From Eledone cirrhosa (Eukaryota): a DNA stretch of 64,000 nt. The notes beneath the pieces are model-generated. The model worked only from the letters and a program-made list of their open reading frames with translations. It did no database searches and was not told the DNA's origin. The translations under genes were made by a program, and so were the position numbers. This document shows, one piece after another, positions 15,401 through 30,306 of the stretch (positions within the stretch are counted from its first letter, which is position 1; each line of letters begins with the position of its first letter). The stretch lies in contig OZ024741.1 in the NCBI GenBank assembly GCA_964016885.1, positions 286,192,001 to 286,256,000 of the forward strand. The letters are read 5' to 3'.

Positions 15401-15698
15401 TAAATTTTAATTCCGTGAAATCATTATACATATTTCAATGGCCCAACGTCATCATTGCAGGCGGTCTTCAAGTCAAATTTTCTTTTTTTTTTCTTTATAA
15501 ATTTTCAATTTTTCAACTTGCTATTCTCTTTTCGTTATCTTCTATGATGAATATGGGTTCTACGTAATTCTGTCGGAGTTACCTGATGCGACCGTCCTGT
15601 CTTGCAACATAATTGGATGATAGAGCTGGGCCATACAAATATGTATAGTGATTTCACGGAATTAAAATTTACAACATATCATCCAATACGGCTTTCTA

Positions 15699-15762
<64 letters not shown>

Positions 15763-15763
<1 letters not shown>

Positions 15764-16471
15764 GGATCACAGGCCTCGCGCACCAGGACTGAACAAAGTC
15801 TGGTTCACCGCCTTGGGTCCTATTCCCCTCTTGGACTCAACTCACCTCCCCAATTTCTCTAATACTCCGTCTATTATCACACCCCTAGATTCCTATCGCT
15901 TTCTCTTGATCCTTAGCAGCTTCTCTTACAACTAATACATGCCGACTATATATGCTCACTCCAATTTTCCCTTCAATGCTCTGTATACAAACATACACAC
16001 CCTTATATTAACATACTTTTGCTCATGGCTTCGTACTTACATGCACACATACTCTTTTACTCACATACACACGCACGTTTCTTCTTAGCTTCATACGGAC
16101 ATATAATAACACACACACACACAAACACATGCTTACGCACGTGCTCAAGTATAGCTCTTTTTACAAAACGGTTTGTTTTTTTTCATTTCAAGTAGACGCG
16201 CTCCATCATCCACTTTTCTAAAAAATAAATCATACACAAAACGCCAGCACCAACAGTTTTGCAAGAGATGTCAACATGAATGGACCTGTAATTTTTATCT
16301 AAAGACATTTTTTCCCAATTCCATCCCGCCCGTCCCCTCAATCTATCTTATTTCTCATTCTTTCATCTGACGAAGGACTAGCACCCGAAACGTTAAGACC
16401 CTTTTCCTGCTATATCAAGCGTTAACCTAACATATCCCTTCCATATACTGTACCGATTGTGTTGTTATTTC

Positions 16472-16478
<7 letters not shown>
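15763..16478 (+). mobile_element. Penelope-like fragments: GIY-YIG C-termini, HHR and tail
   Basis: RTRTEQSLVHRLGSYSPLGLN (15602-15862 ORF) and RCQHEW..FYLKTFFPNSI resemble PLE endonuclease ends; CTGACGA..GAAACGTT at 16367-16394; ends at (TA)n. Confidence 0.6.
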
Positions 16479-16526
<48 letters not shown>

Positions 16527-16677
16527 GTTATTCCGGGTTGAATCGGAGGTAACCACAGTAAGTAAGGTACTCAATACATAGCAGAGTATAAAAGTTTGAA
16601 TATAGATGAGATTCTACAGGACTAGAACTGTTTCATTCTTTATAAATCATCAGGATTCCTGATGATTTCTAAAGAAT
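16527..16677 (-). mobile_element. PLE tail + HHR with 21-bp terminal fold-back, inside (TA)n
   Basis: Same family as 41758-41945; CTGATGA..GAAACAG..CTGTA; inverted arms 16635-16655 and 16657-16677. Confidence 0.75.
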
Positions 16678-16689
16678 ATATATATATAA

Positions 16690-17618
<929 letters not shown>

Positions 17619-17648
17619 CACATATATATATATATATACACATATATA

Positions 17649-17708
<60 letters not shown>

Positions 17709-17771
17709 CATACATATATATACATACATACATATATATACATACATACATATATATACATACATACATAC

Positions 17772-18382
17772 ATATGGTGGCTGCCAACTCGTTTTCGAGT
17801 ACGGCCACTACTTTATATCCATGTAGGAGAACCCCTACCGATGCGCTGAACGAGTGTGACTTTTGAGTCCAGCCAGCGACTTGAAAACTCTGGTACAAAC
17901 ACTACACTTGTGACAATTATTGACACATAGTGCTGGGCCCATGGTACCATGTGACGACAAGTGCAGAGAGATCTCCAGATATAAAGCAATGCCTGTGCCA
18001 TGAAGCTTTTATAGTGAGCAAAGGCACTGCACAAAGCCAGTCCCACTCTCTTAACCAAGATGATATTTACCAAAAAGAAGAACAAGTCAACATCATTGGA
18101 TACCATCAGGGTTGCAGGTGTTATATCAGAGTTTTCCTTCTCCTAGAATTCTGCCTTGACAAAGGCTAAGGGGTCATCTCTCCCGGTGATTTTGGATGGC
18201 CATTGACTCTTAAGAGCTCCTTTGCCCTTTGACAGGTTTTGTTTTTAGTCCTGCAGGATGTCCAAAGTCACCCTCCTCACCAAGAAAACTTGGTGGGGTT
18301 GCCAGTTTAGTCGCCAACGACCCGACCATGAAACAGGTTGTACTGGGATACATGTTACCAGTAGCACCAACTGGTGACCTGA
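17772..18382 (-). mobile_element. ~610-bp non-autonomous retroelement, probably RTE-derived, flanked by (CATA)n
   Basis: Second copy at 8800-9210; the 5' part resembles RTE 5'UTRs (from memory, unverified); no credible ORF. Confidence 0.6.
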
Positions 18383-19088
<706 letters not shown>

Positions 19089-19334
19089 GTATTAATTATA
19101 CTATTTATGGTTATGTAAATACAAAAACCTTTTGCAGTTATATAAATTTTTTTATACAAACCCTAAATAGTGGTAGGCAGTAATATATTACTACCTTTTA
19201 ATATGAATGTAATCTCTAAGTGTGTACTGCCACTCTAAATGCTGTAATGAATGTTGACCCACAATATTTGCATATGTATCTGTATGTCTCTTGGGTGAAA
19301 AGGAGGTCATATAACTGTTCATTCATTAATAAAT

Positions 19335-19381
19335 TGCTCCGAAGAATCCAAACCTCGGTTTGGAGGAAACAGTTGTAAGCA
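19335..19381 (+). ncRNA. Degenerate minimal hammerhead (PLE relic)
   Basis: tgct-CCGAAGA-tccaaacc/ggtttgga-GAAA-CAGTTG-TA-agca; U4C core change. Confidence 0.65.
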
Positions 19382-20599
19382 CAAAAATGTTTTGAACAGT
19401 TCTTTGATTCTTATATTTCATACATATATATATATATATATATACATCTTCCTCTCTTCTCATCACACACAACTTTATCTATATATCTATCTAACTGACT
19501 CGATATATATATGTTTTTATATAATCCAGACATTACCTTTTGAATTCACCCTTCTTCACATGTTAGAGAAAGAAAAAAAGTCTGGTATATACTTGCGTGT
19601 GTGTTTGTGTGTTTGTGTGTGAGTATGTGTCTTTATATACTTGTAAACATGCGTATGTATTTATGTATACATATTATTACCTTTTTGTGTGCGTGTATAT
19701 TTCCAGGAATATTTATTTATATTGTTACCATGTACAGTTCTAAGATTTTCATTAAGAATTTCTTCGTTTTTTTTTCTTTTGATTTGATCTTGATTCTTGT
19801 TTGTTTGTTTTTTTGTTTGTTTTTTGTCGTATTTCCTTATTAGTCTCTTGTAACTTGTTTAGAGACAATAAATTTAGGAGGTTCATCGACATTACAAAAC
19901 CTTCTAGCTCTTATCTTTTCTGGTTGAAATGTTTTTAAGACGGTTGTTATTCTTTTTTTATGGAATACAAGAATAAACAGAAAATTGATGTGTCTGTTTC
20001 TATTTCATTATCTCTGGCTTTATATCATTTTCACAATTGGTATCAAGATTATTTTTACCAGTCAAAATAATATAGTGTGTTTGTAGCATCTAGTGTTATT
20101 TTTTTACCATTGTGGAGTGCGCTATCTGTTGTAATTTTTATAGGCTTTTTTTTATTTTGTCAGGAAAGCTGCTATAAAAATAGCTTCTGTGACCAATCTA
20201 TTTTTTAGGGATGTTTCTATCGACGTTAGATGCATTTATCGACTTTTCTAAGATTTGACTGCATTGTATAATAAAGTTAAATGGCCCTTAACTCTTCATG
20301 GAGACCTAGGGCCGTCGTCTCGGCGTGACTTGGGAATTTTAAACTTCGAAGAACCCATCCTTCACCGCATCGGAACGCAGCCGATATATTCGAGAAAAAG
20401 TGAGAAAGAATGAGAGAGAGAATCGACTCGAGTTCTTGGCAGATGCTTTATTTATCGACCTTGATGTGATGAAAGACTAGGTGGGCCGTGGCTGCTCAGT
20501 AAGCAGGAACAAATTATGTTGTGTACACTATAATGTTTTACAGTAGTTTCCAGTAATATATGCAGAGTCAATTGGTGTGACTGCTTTTCATAGACAACA

Positions 20600-20885
20600 T
20601 GCAACATGTGATATCCGACTTGCACTTAAAAGGTTTCACGCCGAGTACTGCAGGGCTGGAATGAAAATCAGTGCTGCAAAAATTGAAACACTCATCCCCT
20701 CAAGGAAGCCTGCGCAGTGCACTCTAAATGGGGATGAAGTTCCAGAGAACTTCAAAAATCTCGGGGTCGTGTTCACGAGTAATGGAAGGTGTGTGGCTGA
20801 ATTAAGTTCAAGAATTGCACGAGATTCAGCATTCGGTAATCAGAAAAAGGGAGATAGGCGTAAAAGCCAAACTCGCTATCTTCCA
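20600..20885 (+). mobile_element. RTE-clade LINE RT fragment
   Basis: AGMKISAAKIETL..FKNLGVVFTSNGR..ELSSRIA; homologous to 38560-38800. Confidence 0.65.
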
Positions 20886-21012
20886 AAAAAAAAAAAAAAA
20901 AAAAAAAAGAAGTGTAGTTTTACATGTATGTCCAAACTATTCCTTTCTTAAGTATAAAATATTTCTAACTTAATTACATAAGTTATCTGAAATTTCTTTA
21001 TTAGTATATATA

Positions 21013-21390
21013 CAGTGTACCCCCGTCATTCGCGGTCCCGGCTATTCGTGGTCCCGGCTATTCGAGGAATTTTCCTTAGAACCTAACTAATAATTGCTCG
21101 TGGAAACCACCACATATTCGTGGAATCCTAAATAACCTCCGCGATTTTTAATGCTGTCTTTCGTAACAATATATATTGTTTTAATGCTAAATTATTAATA
21201 ACAATATACCGTATTTGCCGGACAGTTGGACGCCTCCTCTTTTTTATTATATTTTACGTTATATTTTGTTGTTTATAAGCATATTTATGGACCACGTCCA
21301 ATATTCGCTGTGTTTCACGCTTCACGGGTGCTCTGGGAGCGTAATTACCGCGTATAACGGGGAGACAACTGTATATATATATATGTATAT

Positions 21391-21462
<72 letters not shown>

Positions 21463-21664
21463 ACGTGTGTGTAATATAAGTGTAATATACTACATGTGTA
21501 ATATATGTGTAATATATTTGTAAAATATTGTGTGCAATTGAAGATATTTATGATTCGCGAATATGTGGTGGTTTCCACGAACAGTTATTAGTTAGTGTCT
21601 AAGGAAAATTCCTCGAATAACCGGGACCACGAATGTTGGGACCGCGAATGTCGGGGGTACACTG
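21013..21664. mobile_element. pogo/Tigger-like MITE with ~115-bp inverted termini
   Basis: CAGTGTACCCCCG..ATTCGCGGTCCC / GGGACCGCGAATG.CGGGGGTACACTG; TA on the left flank. Confidence 0.85.
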
Positions 21665-21894
21665 TGTATATACCAATAAAGAAATTTCAAATAACTTATG
21701 TAATATATATGTATAATAAATATATGTTTCTAATATATGTAATATATAAAGTAACAATGTTTACAAGGTTTTCTAATCATAGCGTCATAGTTTGGCGAGG
21801 CTGTGTGTTACTTGTTTGTCTAAAATTTAAAATTGTTCTCTCTTCAATGGGAACATATCTATTATTAATGTTTGTGTGAGTGTGTGCGTGTATG

Positions 21895-22894
21895 CAGTGG
21901 CGGACTGGGTCTAAAAATATTGGTTCCCAGGAGATGAAGGGGGCCCACCTACATATAGAGTGCTACCATTTAATTTTTATAATGAATGAATAACATTTTC
22001 AAATAATACAATAGTGGAAATAAAACAGTGCAATCAAATTTTTGCGGAAAAATATCTTACCTTCTCCAATAAAAAATATTATGTATTTTGCAAAATCCAG
22101 AGACTCAATAATGACCAGACGTCGACCCTAAATATTACTAATAGCTCTAGGAAAGCCATGGACGATACCACATTTTTTTAACTTTGAAAGTAGGTTTATA
22201 ATTATCAATTTTCATTATACCTCTGTAGTAGTCTCGGTGGCCTAGTTGGAGGAAACATAGACGGTCGTGATCCTGTTCTGAAGTTCGATCCTGGTCGGAA
22301 GTGGGGCTCCCGGTAACGCATTAAAGTTTTTTTTATTGGTTGTAAAATAAAAACTGAAAACGGTTATATGTACCTCTTGACCAGGATTGAACCCAAGGTC
22401 AGGATCTCCACCGTCTCTAGTACCTACCGCTAGGCCACAGAGACAAAATCGAAAATCATTTGAAAATTCATACTTATAAACCTACTTTCAACATTTTCAA
22501 AACAAAGTGTTGTGGTGTCGTTCATGTCTTTCTTAATGTTATTGGCCCTACTTGCTTGCCAGATGAAAGGGCCCCACCTCCATATAGAATGCTATCATTT
22601 ATTTTTTTAAATGAATAAATAACATTTTCAAAAAATATATGAGGAAACAAAACAGTGCAATCAAATTTTTGGCGGAAAAATATCTTACCTTCTCCAATAA
22701 AAAATATTATGTATTTTGCGAAATTCTGAGACTTTCAATAATCACCTTTGGTCTTTCACACTCAATCAATATATATATATGTGTGTGTATGTAGGGGGGG
22801 GGGTATGTATGTAGACACCACCTTCACCACTAATTTTACAGATGTCTTTAACCCATTGATACCAAATATTATTTGGTCAGTAGTTCGTGTGTAA

Positions 22895-22953
<59 letters not shown>

Positions 22954-23260
22954 CATGCATGAGTGAATACACTAAGCTTTAGATTAGTAGAATGTACAAC
23001 CACTAATTCCAGTTATTTGCACTATCGTATATTTTGGTTTCTAGTAATTCCCTGGGAATTGGTTGACCAAATGCTTTGCTTAATTGTGTTGTTTACTTTT
23101 GAAAAAATGTTATTCTTTCTTTTTCAGGTATTTTTTGAAAGCAAAGTATTGGCCCCTAAAATACTACAGTGGGCCCTGCAATGTTACTGCGGGCACCTGC
23201 AATGTTGCTGGGGCCCACTTGCCATTTGGGCAACCTGACAACCTGGCCAATCCGCCACGT
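21895..23260. mobile_element. hAT-like non-autonomous element
   Basis: TIR CAGTGGCGGACTGG / CCAATCCGCCAC; 8-bp TSD CGTGTATG / CATGTATG; internal duplication 21932-22110 vs 22561-22742. Confidence 0.7.
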
Positions 23261-23577
23261 CATGTATGTGTGTGTACTACTGCATAATTATGCTTTATGT
23301 TTCATAGGCTTTCAAGTCATTCTTTTTCACAATTGTTGACGTTTGCTGAAAATTTCCATTTTTAATTTCGACTGTTCCAAAATTTCCATTTTTAATTTCG
23401 ACTGTGTAAAATAAAGCAAATATGAACTCCCTCTTCCACCGTTAAAAATGTTTCCAGAACAAATGAGGCTTGAAAGTTAAGTAATATATAATTATCTACA
23501 TTAATAATACTCAGAATTAATTTGCAATTAAATTAAAATAATGCAAATCAGTCCACATTAACTTACTCATTAATATA

Positions 23578-26500
23578 TTTTTTTTTTTTTTTTTTTTTTT
23601 TGTTTCTTTTATTTGCCACTAGGGCATCAAAAGTGGGACAAGTACAAAGGGGGGAGTTTACACAAAAAGGCGTCCTCAATAAGGAGGAGGCAATAACAGA
23701 ATATAAAAATAAAATAAGATATAACAAAAAATAAAATTTTTAACAAAATCCTCAATAGAGAGGAGGCGCCTTGGGGGGTCGCACACACCCCCGAAAAAAG
23801 TGTGCAACCCTTCTCCTCAGGAGCACAGAGAAGGGGTGCTCCCTTGGTCTTTCATCTTCCTCACCTATAGTCTGATGTAGAGTGAAGGCCCATTCACACG
23901 GGCCATTCTCGCCACTTTCACCCATCTTTCATAGAAACGGCTGGGGTGCAGCACCTCTCTCTCCATCCTGATCCTTCTTCCGAAATGATATCGGAAGAAA
24001 CGGACCAGTTGTTGGCCAGAGAGAAAGGTGTCTGACCTCAGTCCTTTCAGACGCGTCCACCATACAACCTCTTTCGCCATGGCTATTACGCACAGAAACA
24101 CCGCCTCTGCTTCATCTTTGAAGGGGGGAGGCGGCTTGATCATTACAATAGACTCGGTGGTCAACCGGATCGGTCCCACCCTTGACAGCAGTTGTTCGAC
24201 ATAGCCCCACAGATCGGCTACGCCCGAGCAGTGTACCAATGCGTGTGCAACGGTTTCCTCGTCGCACACGCATCTGGGACAGATCTTTTTGGCGGGGTCC
24301 CTACCCGGGCGCCCGTGTCTGTAGAGCCTTTCTCGAACGGGTAAAGCCCCTCGGTAGCACTGCCAGGCCAGCGACTTCTGGAAATTGTCCATAGGTCCTG
24401 GGCTGAATGTCCTACCGAACAGGCTGGCCAGTTCGTCCTCCTCCATGTCTAGGGCTTCTCCGAGGGCGTCGTCGCACCTGCTGCGTACCAGCCCTCTATA
24501 GAATGTTGCGGTGGAGTCTCCACTGATAACCGGATCCGCCTGCCAAAGGGCGGTGAGCGCCTTCGCACACTCAGTGTGCCAGGCGCCCAGTTTTCTCGGT
24601 CTTTGCTTGACCCAGGATTGCAGCTCGGTGAGTGAGACGAGTCTGGGAAAGGTTCGTCTCACAAACGAGGCCCACACCGGTTGTCCGGTGAGGAATACGT
24701 AGAGGTGCCGTAGCCTTAATGCGTGTTTACGCATCATTAGCCACGGCATCCCCAGCCCTCCTTTCGAAGGGTGTTGACAGCAGATGGATCTCCTCAACAT
24801 AGGAGCCCGCCTCTTCCAAAGGAATTGGAAGAGCGCCCGCTCCATCTTGGTGAGGGTTTCCCTTGGGCAGGGCACTACGGTCAGGCGGTAGTAGATGACG
24901 GATGCTATGTAGGTGTTCGCCACTTCCGCCCGACCTTTCAGGGATAGTTTGCAACTGGCCCACTTCTGGGTCAGTGCAAACACCCTGTTCGTAACCTCCG
25001 CCCAGTTTTTCTCCACCTGGAGGTCCGGTCCGAACCAGACCCCGAGCAACTTCACCGGGCCCTCCGTCCAGCGTCCGACGACGCTATCGGAGGGCATCGG
25101 TCTGCCCCTCCACGTGCCGAGTTGCAAACCGATCGACTTGTCCCGGTTCAGCTTAGCCCCTGTGAACCTTTCGTACTCCTCCAGTAAGGTGCCGACCGCC
25201 TCGATTTCGGAGGCCGTCGACACCATTACTGTCACGTCATCGGTGTAGGCCGACACCGCTTTCCGCAATCCCGGTTCCAAGGGGATGCCCTGCAACAACT
25301 CCAACTTCCGCAGTAGTGGCTCGAGAGTCAACACATACAGAAGGGAGGAGAGAGGGCACCCTTGTCGGATGGACCGCGCGATTTTGAACGGCTCCGAGAG
25401 GTAGCCGTTCACCTTGACCCTAGAGCAGATGCGGCTGCTGTGCATAGCAGTGATCCAGCCCCTGAAAACGGGTCCGAAGCCTGCCGCCGCTAGCACCGCA
25501 TCCAGGTAACCATGGTCGACCCTATCGAACGCCTTAGATTGATCCAAGTTGATCAGAGCCCCACCAAAGCCGGGTCCGTTCCCAACCCTCTCTATGATGT
25601 ATCGCATGAGGTGGAGGTTGTCATGGATGGACCTGGACGGGATAGCGCATGTCTGCGCATCTCCCACCAGGTTGCCCACGACAAGCGCCAACCTCTTTGC
25701 TAGCACCTTGGCCAAAATCTGTAACTCTGTATTTAGCAGTGTTATGGGCCTGAAGTTACTTATTTCGTCCCCCTTGTTCTCGTCCTTCCTCACTAGCGTG
25801 ACTACGCCCTTGGTCACAGTACAGGGAATTCTCCCGTTCTGTTGCCAGTTGCATTAGACCGCCTCGAGGAGATCGGGGAACAAGTCCGGCATAGCTAGAT
25901 ATAATTCGTAAGGAAGACCATCGAGACCCGGGGATTTGCGTTTGCCGCATTGGCTCAGCACGTCCTCTATCTCAGCGGCCGAAATCGGCTCCTCGCAGGA
26001 CTTCGCCTCCCTGTCCGAGAGGCGCGGCAGGCCGTCGAGGTATGGACCGAAGTCCACGTTCCCAACCGGCTCCCCGCCCCTCCCGAACAGTCGGGCAAAG
26101 TGCCTTTGAAAGGCCTCACACATCTGCTTAGGCTCAAGAATCGCCCGTCCATCCAGGTCTCGCAAAGACCGGATGGAGGATTTAGTTCCACTGTTGGCCT
26201 CTGTCACGCGGGCCCAGCTAACAGCTTTGGTCCCCTCGTTCCCTAGAGCACGTATTTTACTTCGGACAACGCAGCCTTCGTGCTTCGCGTCGAAAAACTG
26301 GCTCAAAGCCGTTCTCGACGCTAGCACTCTGGCCACGTCGCCGCTTCTAATTGCCTCTTCTACTCTATCTATTAGCTCCCTTTCCTTCCTATTCCTATCC
26401 GCAGCTAGAGCCTTACTAAATTCTATCGAGACTACTCTCTAATCTCTCTCTTTAGAGATACCCACCACCTGCTGTTGACGATCGCTCCAGTCAACCGTTC

Positions 26501-27319
26501 CTTAACTAACGTACTAATCCGATTCCTGTAGGCTCTACTTGCCGGCAAGGACAAGTTGAGCTTCCAGTAACCGGGGCCCTGTCTATGGGTTCTGTCAAGG
26601 TTGACCATGCAGGTCACTAATTTGTGGTCTGAATAGCCAACCATGCGCATTTTTGGACAACTTAAAAAGTCCTTATCCTTAATTCTAACTAAGAACCTAT
26701 CTAGGTACGACCTAGATGATCCGCTACGATTTGCCCAAGTCCAGGTTGGCGCAGTCGGAAAATCTAGTCGATATCTATCGGCCAGGTCAAATCGACCGAT
26801 TAACCCTTTGAGGCTATTACACCCCTCTCTATCGGGGCAGGCCCCTACGTAGTCCCAGCGTGCATCTAGGATACCATTCCAGTCCCCCACTAATAGCAAG
26901 GAGCGGGACGTCCCTAGAAAAGTCTCCAGACGATGGAAGAAGTCCGGCCGCATTGACCCGAAAGGGCCGTAGGCGGCTACCAACCTAAACGCTCCGCCTT
27001 TACCACTGCCAAGGTCCAGAACCACTAGTCGACCCTCCGGGTCCAAATGTACCATCTGTGTTGCGAGACCCAGATGTTTTTGCAGCAGAACGACAACTCC
27101 ACCCCCACCTCCGGGCTGACAGAGAGATGCGTGCATCTCAAAGTCATCAAAGGTGGGGGCCAGCTGTCGCACGTTGCTGATCCGGGCCTCGCAAATAACC
27201 ATCACATCTATACGTTGTGACCTGAGGTCATTTAGAAGCATTGCTTGCTTCCAAGTTGAGCCCAGGCCACGCGCATTTAAACAGCCTACTCTTAGCATAG
27301 CCATGTTGGTGGTGAAGAG
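23578..27319 (-). mobile_element. Tx1/L1-clade LINE copy A (whole ORF2, no ORF1), poly(A) tail, 7-bp TSD TAATATA
   Basis: APE motifs (NARGL, GDWN, LDR, SDH), RT (KAFDRV, QGCPLS, YTDD) and Zn knuckle; 2-nt slip ~26435 and stop at 25854; TSD at 23571-23577 and 27320-27326. Confidence 0.95.
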
Positions 27320-27504
27320 TAATATAGGTACATAAATAGTTAATGTGGTGTGGTAAATATATATATATATATACATAGACACTAGGCGCTTAAACAATGG
27401 GATAAAACTCCTACTGTCACTGCCTCCGTCTCTCCCGCTCTCCCCATCTCTCACTATTATGAGCAAATAGAGGCCCATGTACTGGCCGACACGCAGCCCC
27501 GGCG

Positions 27505-27930
27505 GACAGAATAGAGAAGGCGTTTCCCCGGAGGATAGTGAGGGAAACGCGTTGGAAAAGCCATTCCAGCTCGGGAGGCTTACACATGCTGGTAGTGAAC
27601 TCTGTGCCGCTGTTGGTGAATAGTGAGGTGGTCCTAGGGCGAACGAACACCGGACGTCTCCACTGCTACGGGCTCGACCGCAAACCTGTCGAAGAGCGAT
27701 TGATATTTGGAAAGTTTACCATCCTCGGCTCGAAATGTATCAGAGCCTGGGTTAGTCAGCGACTGCACCAGGTTGTCTCTGAAAAATGTGACGTTGCATG
27801 TGACATCCCAGATGAGAGGTTTACCACCCTGAAACGAGAAGATGGTCATGCCCTCTGGCCTTTTGCCGTCCCCTCGATCCAGCCCCGCCGGTTCGAGCTA
27901 GGAGGGGAGGTCTGCAGCATCCAAGCCATA
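27505..27930 (-). mobile_element. CRE-like RLE fragment
   Basis: EPAGLDRGDGKRPEGMT..GKPLIWDVTC..KY..PVAVETSGV..WLFQRVSLTILRGNA. Confidence 0.75.
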
Positions 27931-28613
27931 CTTTATGACCTCATTGATAGCAGCATGGCGTGGAAGGCAGCAACTTGTCTTCCTTTTGACCATCGCTTCT
28001 TTTCTCTATTTTTAGCTCTCTCTTTCTTCTTCCACTCTCAATTTTAATTTTTCCTTCTCTCTCTATTACTTCTATCCGCTCGTCTGCACACTCTGTCTTT
28101 AATGGCTCTTCCAGCGCATCTCCCTTACCATCCTCCGGGAAAATGCCTTCTTCATTCTGTCCGCCGGGGCTGTGGGACGGCCAGCACGTGGGACACCATT
28201 TGCTCACTATACAGAGAGATGGGGAGGGCGAGAGAGATGGGGGCGATGACGGTGGGAGTTCAGCTCTTCCGTGTTCGGACTCATTGCACCTGTCATATAG
28301 ATCATGTGATAATTTCATTTTTTCTGAGACACACACACATGCATAAGATTCAAAATAATGGTTTCTGTAATAAAACAAACAGTCACACATTCCCTCTTTA
28401 GTTTTCATTTATCAAAGTTTTACATTCTTTTACAAACCAAGGAATAACTATCTCGCATCAGATCCTTATATATCGTCTTTCGGGGATTAAAAACATTTTG
28501 ATGTTGTTTAAAACCATTTTGATGTCAACGTTTGATATATCGGATTACTGTCCATCGGCAAGATCAACGACACTATATCCTCACCATCATACTGCTAAAC
28601 ACTCTTCTTCTTC

Positions 28614-28645
<32 letters not shown>

Positions 28646-28703
28646 CTTCTGTTTTTTATTTTTCTTATTCTCCTCCTCCTTCTTCTTCTTCTTCTTCTTC
28701 TTC

Positions 28704-28704
<1 letters not shown>

Positions 28705-28742
<38 letters not shown>

Positions 28743-29400
28743 TTATTATTATTATTGTTCTTTGAGTCTCAGTCATTGATGTTAGTTAACTGGAAAGTTT
28801 GTTGAAATGAATATAAAGCCACTACCTGCAGCCTCAGATATTCAGGACGTATCGGAGGGTTCTTGCTGTTTTCAGCAAGCATGCCTTTTGAAGCGTTCCA
28901 AAATGCGAGGCGGGGCCAATTTTCTTTAACCATCCCTGGAAACTTTTTGAGATAGTACCTAGAATGTGGTAAATTGTTTATTTTGCATAGGTGGCAGTGG
29001 ATCACCCTGCCCATCACATCATGTCTCCAGCCTTTATAGTGAGTCTGGGATAGGTGTTTACACTCGGATACAATGTGAGCCACAGTCTCCTCGCTCTCTC
29101 CACAGATCCTGCACAGTGGGCTAGCCTCCTCCTTGTAAATATGGTGTTTCAACCACTTCGTTTTGAGGGCCTGCTCTTGCGCAGCCATTAGCATTCCTTC
29201 TGTAGCCTTTTTAAGGTCTCCTCTTTTCAACCAGTTCCATGTCTGTGGATCTCTGAATTGAGTTTTCTCAAAGAAGGTACTATGAAGGGATTTTTCCTGA
29301 AGGCTGCTCTTTCTCCTTGTTGTTATTTCCTCCTTGGACATCCCCTGGTCTACTGTCCTCTTTATTCTCGTGGGGGATTGGCTTCGCCTGGTTTAAAGAA
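28705..29400 (-). mobile_element. Dong/R4-like LINE 3' fragment ending at (TAA)n
   Basis: WLKRGDLKKATEGMLMAAQEQAL..CRICGESEETVAHIVSEC..WRHD; internal deletion in the RLE region; adjacent (TAA)n, the known Dong target repeat. Confidence 0.85.
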
Positions 29401-29596
29401 CTCAGGATTTGCCATGACGAAGCTCCTACGGCCACATCTGAATTCATGAATCCACACAAACATATATACGTGTTCTTTTAAAGTTCAAATACCACCGATA
29501 TCGATTAAATTATTCATCATCTTGTGTCATTGAAGTAAATAAAATACTATACATTTTTAGTCGTAATTCGTACCTCGTCGATTTTTAAAGTCACAC

Positions 29597-29724
<128 letters not shown>

Positions 29725-29796
29725 AAAAATTGAACGGGAACAAAACAGAGAGGCAGTACGAACAAAGGTTTATTAGTTTCACGCTCTTGAGAGTGG

Positions 29797-29845
<49 letters not shown>

Positions 29846-29963
29846 CTGTGTATATATATGTATGTATATATAAGAAAATATTTTTTTTTTAAATAAAAAA
29901 AACCAGATGTCCTACACGGGTGAAAGTATAAGGAAAACAAATCCATATATATATATATATATA

Positions 29964-30204
29964 TTTAATTATGCAATAAGCAACACAATATAATTATTCC
30001 ATTACCCAAGCTTTCACGAAGTTAGACGATTCTAACAGAAACGTCTGTTTCGTTCATCAGATGTTTCTGTTAGAATCGTCTAACTTCGTGAAACCTTGGG
30101 TAATGGAATATTTATATTGTTTTGTTTATTAAATAATGAAATATCTCTGTACTATACATAGAGCACTCTTCTTTCCTTTACCTTTTCTATGGAAATGATT
30201 AACA

Positions 30205-30208
<4 letters not shown>
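29964..30208 (+). mobile_element. Small fold-back PLE insertion with HHR core at the apex
   Basis: Arms 29964-30047 and 30058-30141; - strand reads CTGATGA-acgaa..ttcgt-GAAA-GC-TT; tail 30142-30208. Confidence 0.75.
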
Positions 30209-30265
<57 letters not shown>

Positions 30266-30273
30266 ATATACAG

Positions 30274-30301
<28 letters not shown>

Positions 30302-30306
<5 letters not shown>

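Noticed and set aside
27320-27478. N-terminal extension of the 348-aa endonuclease ORF
   Set aside because: Lies beyond the TSD; flanking DNA
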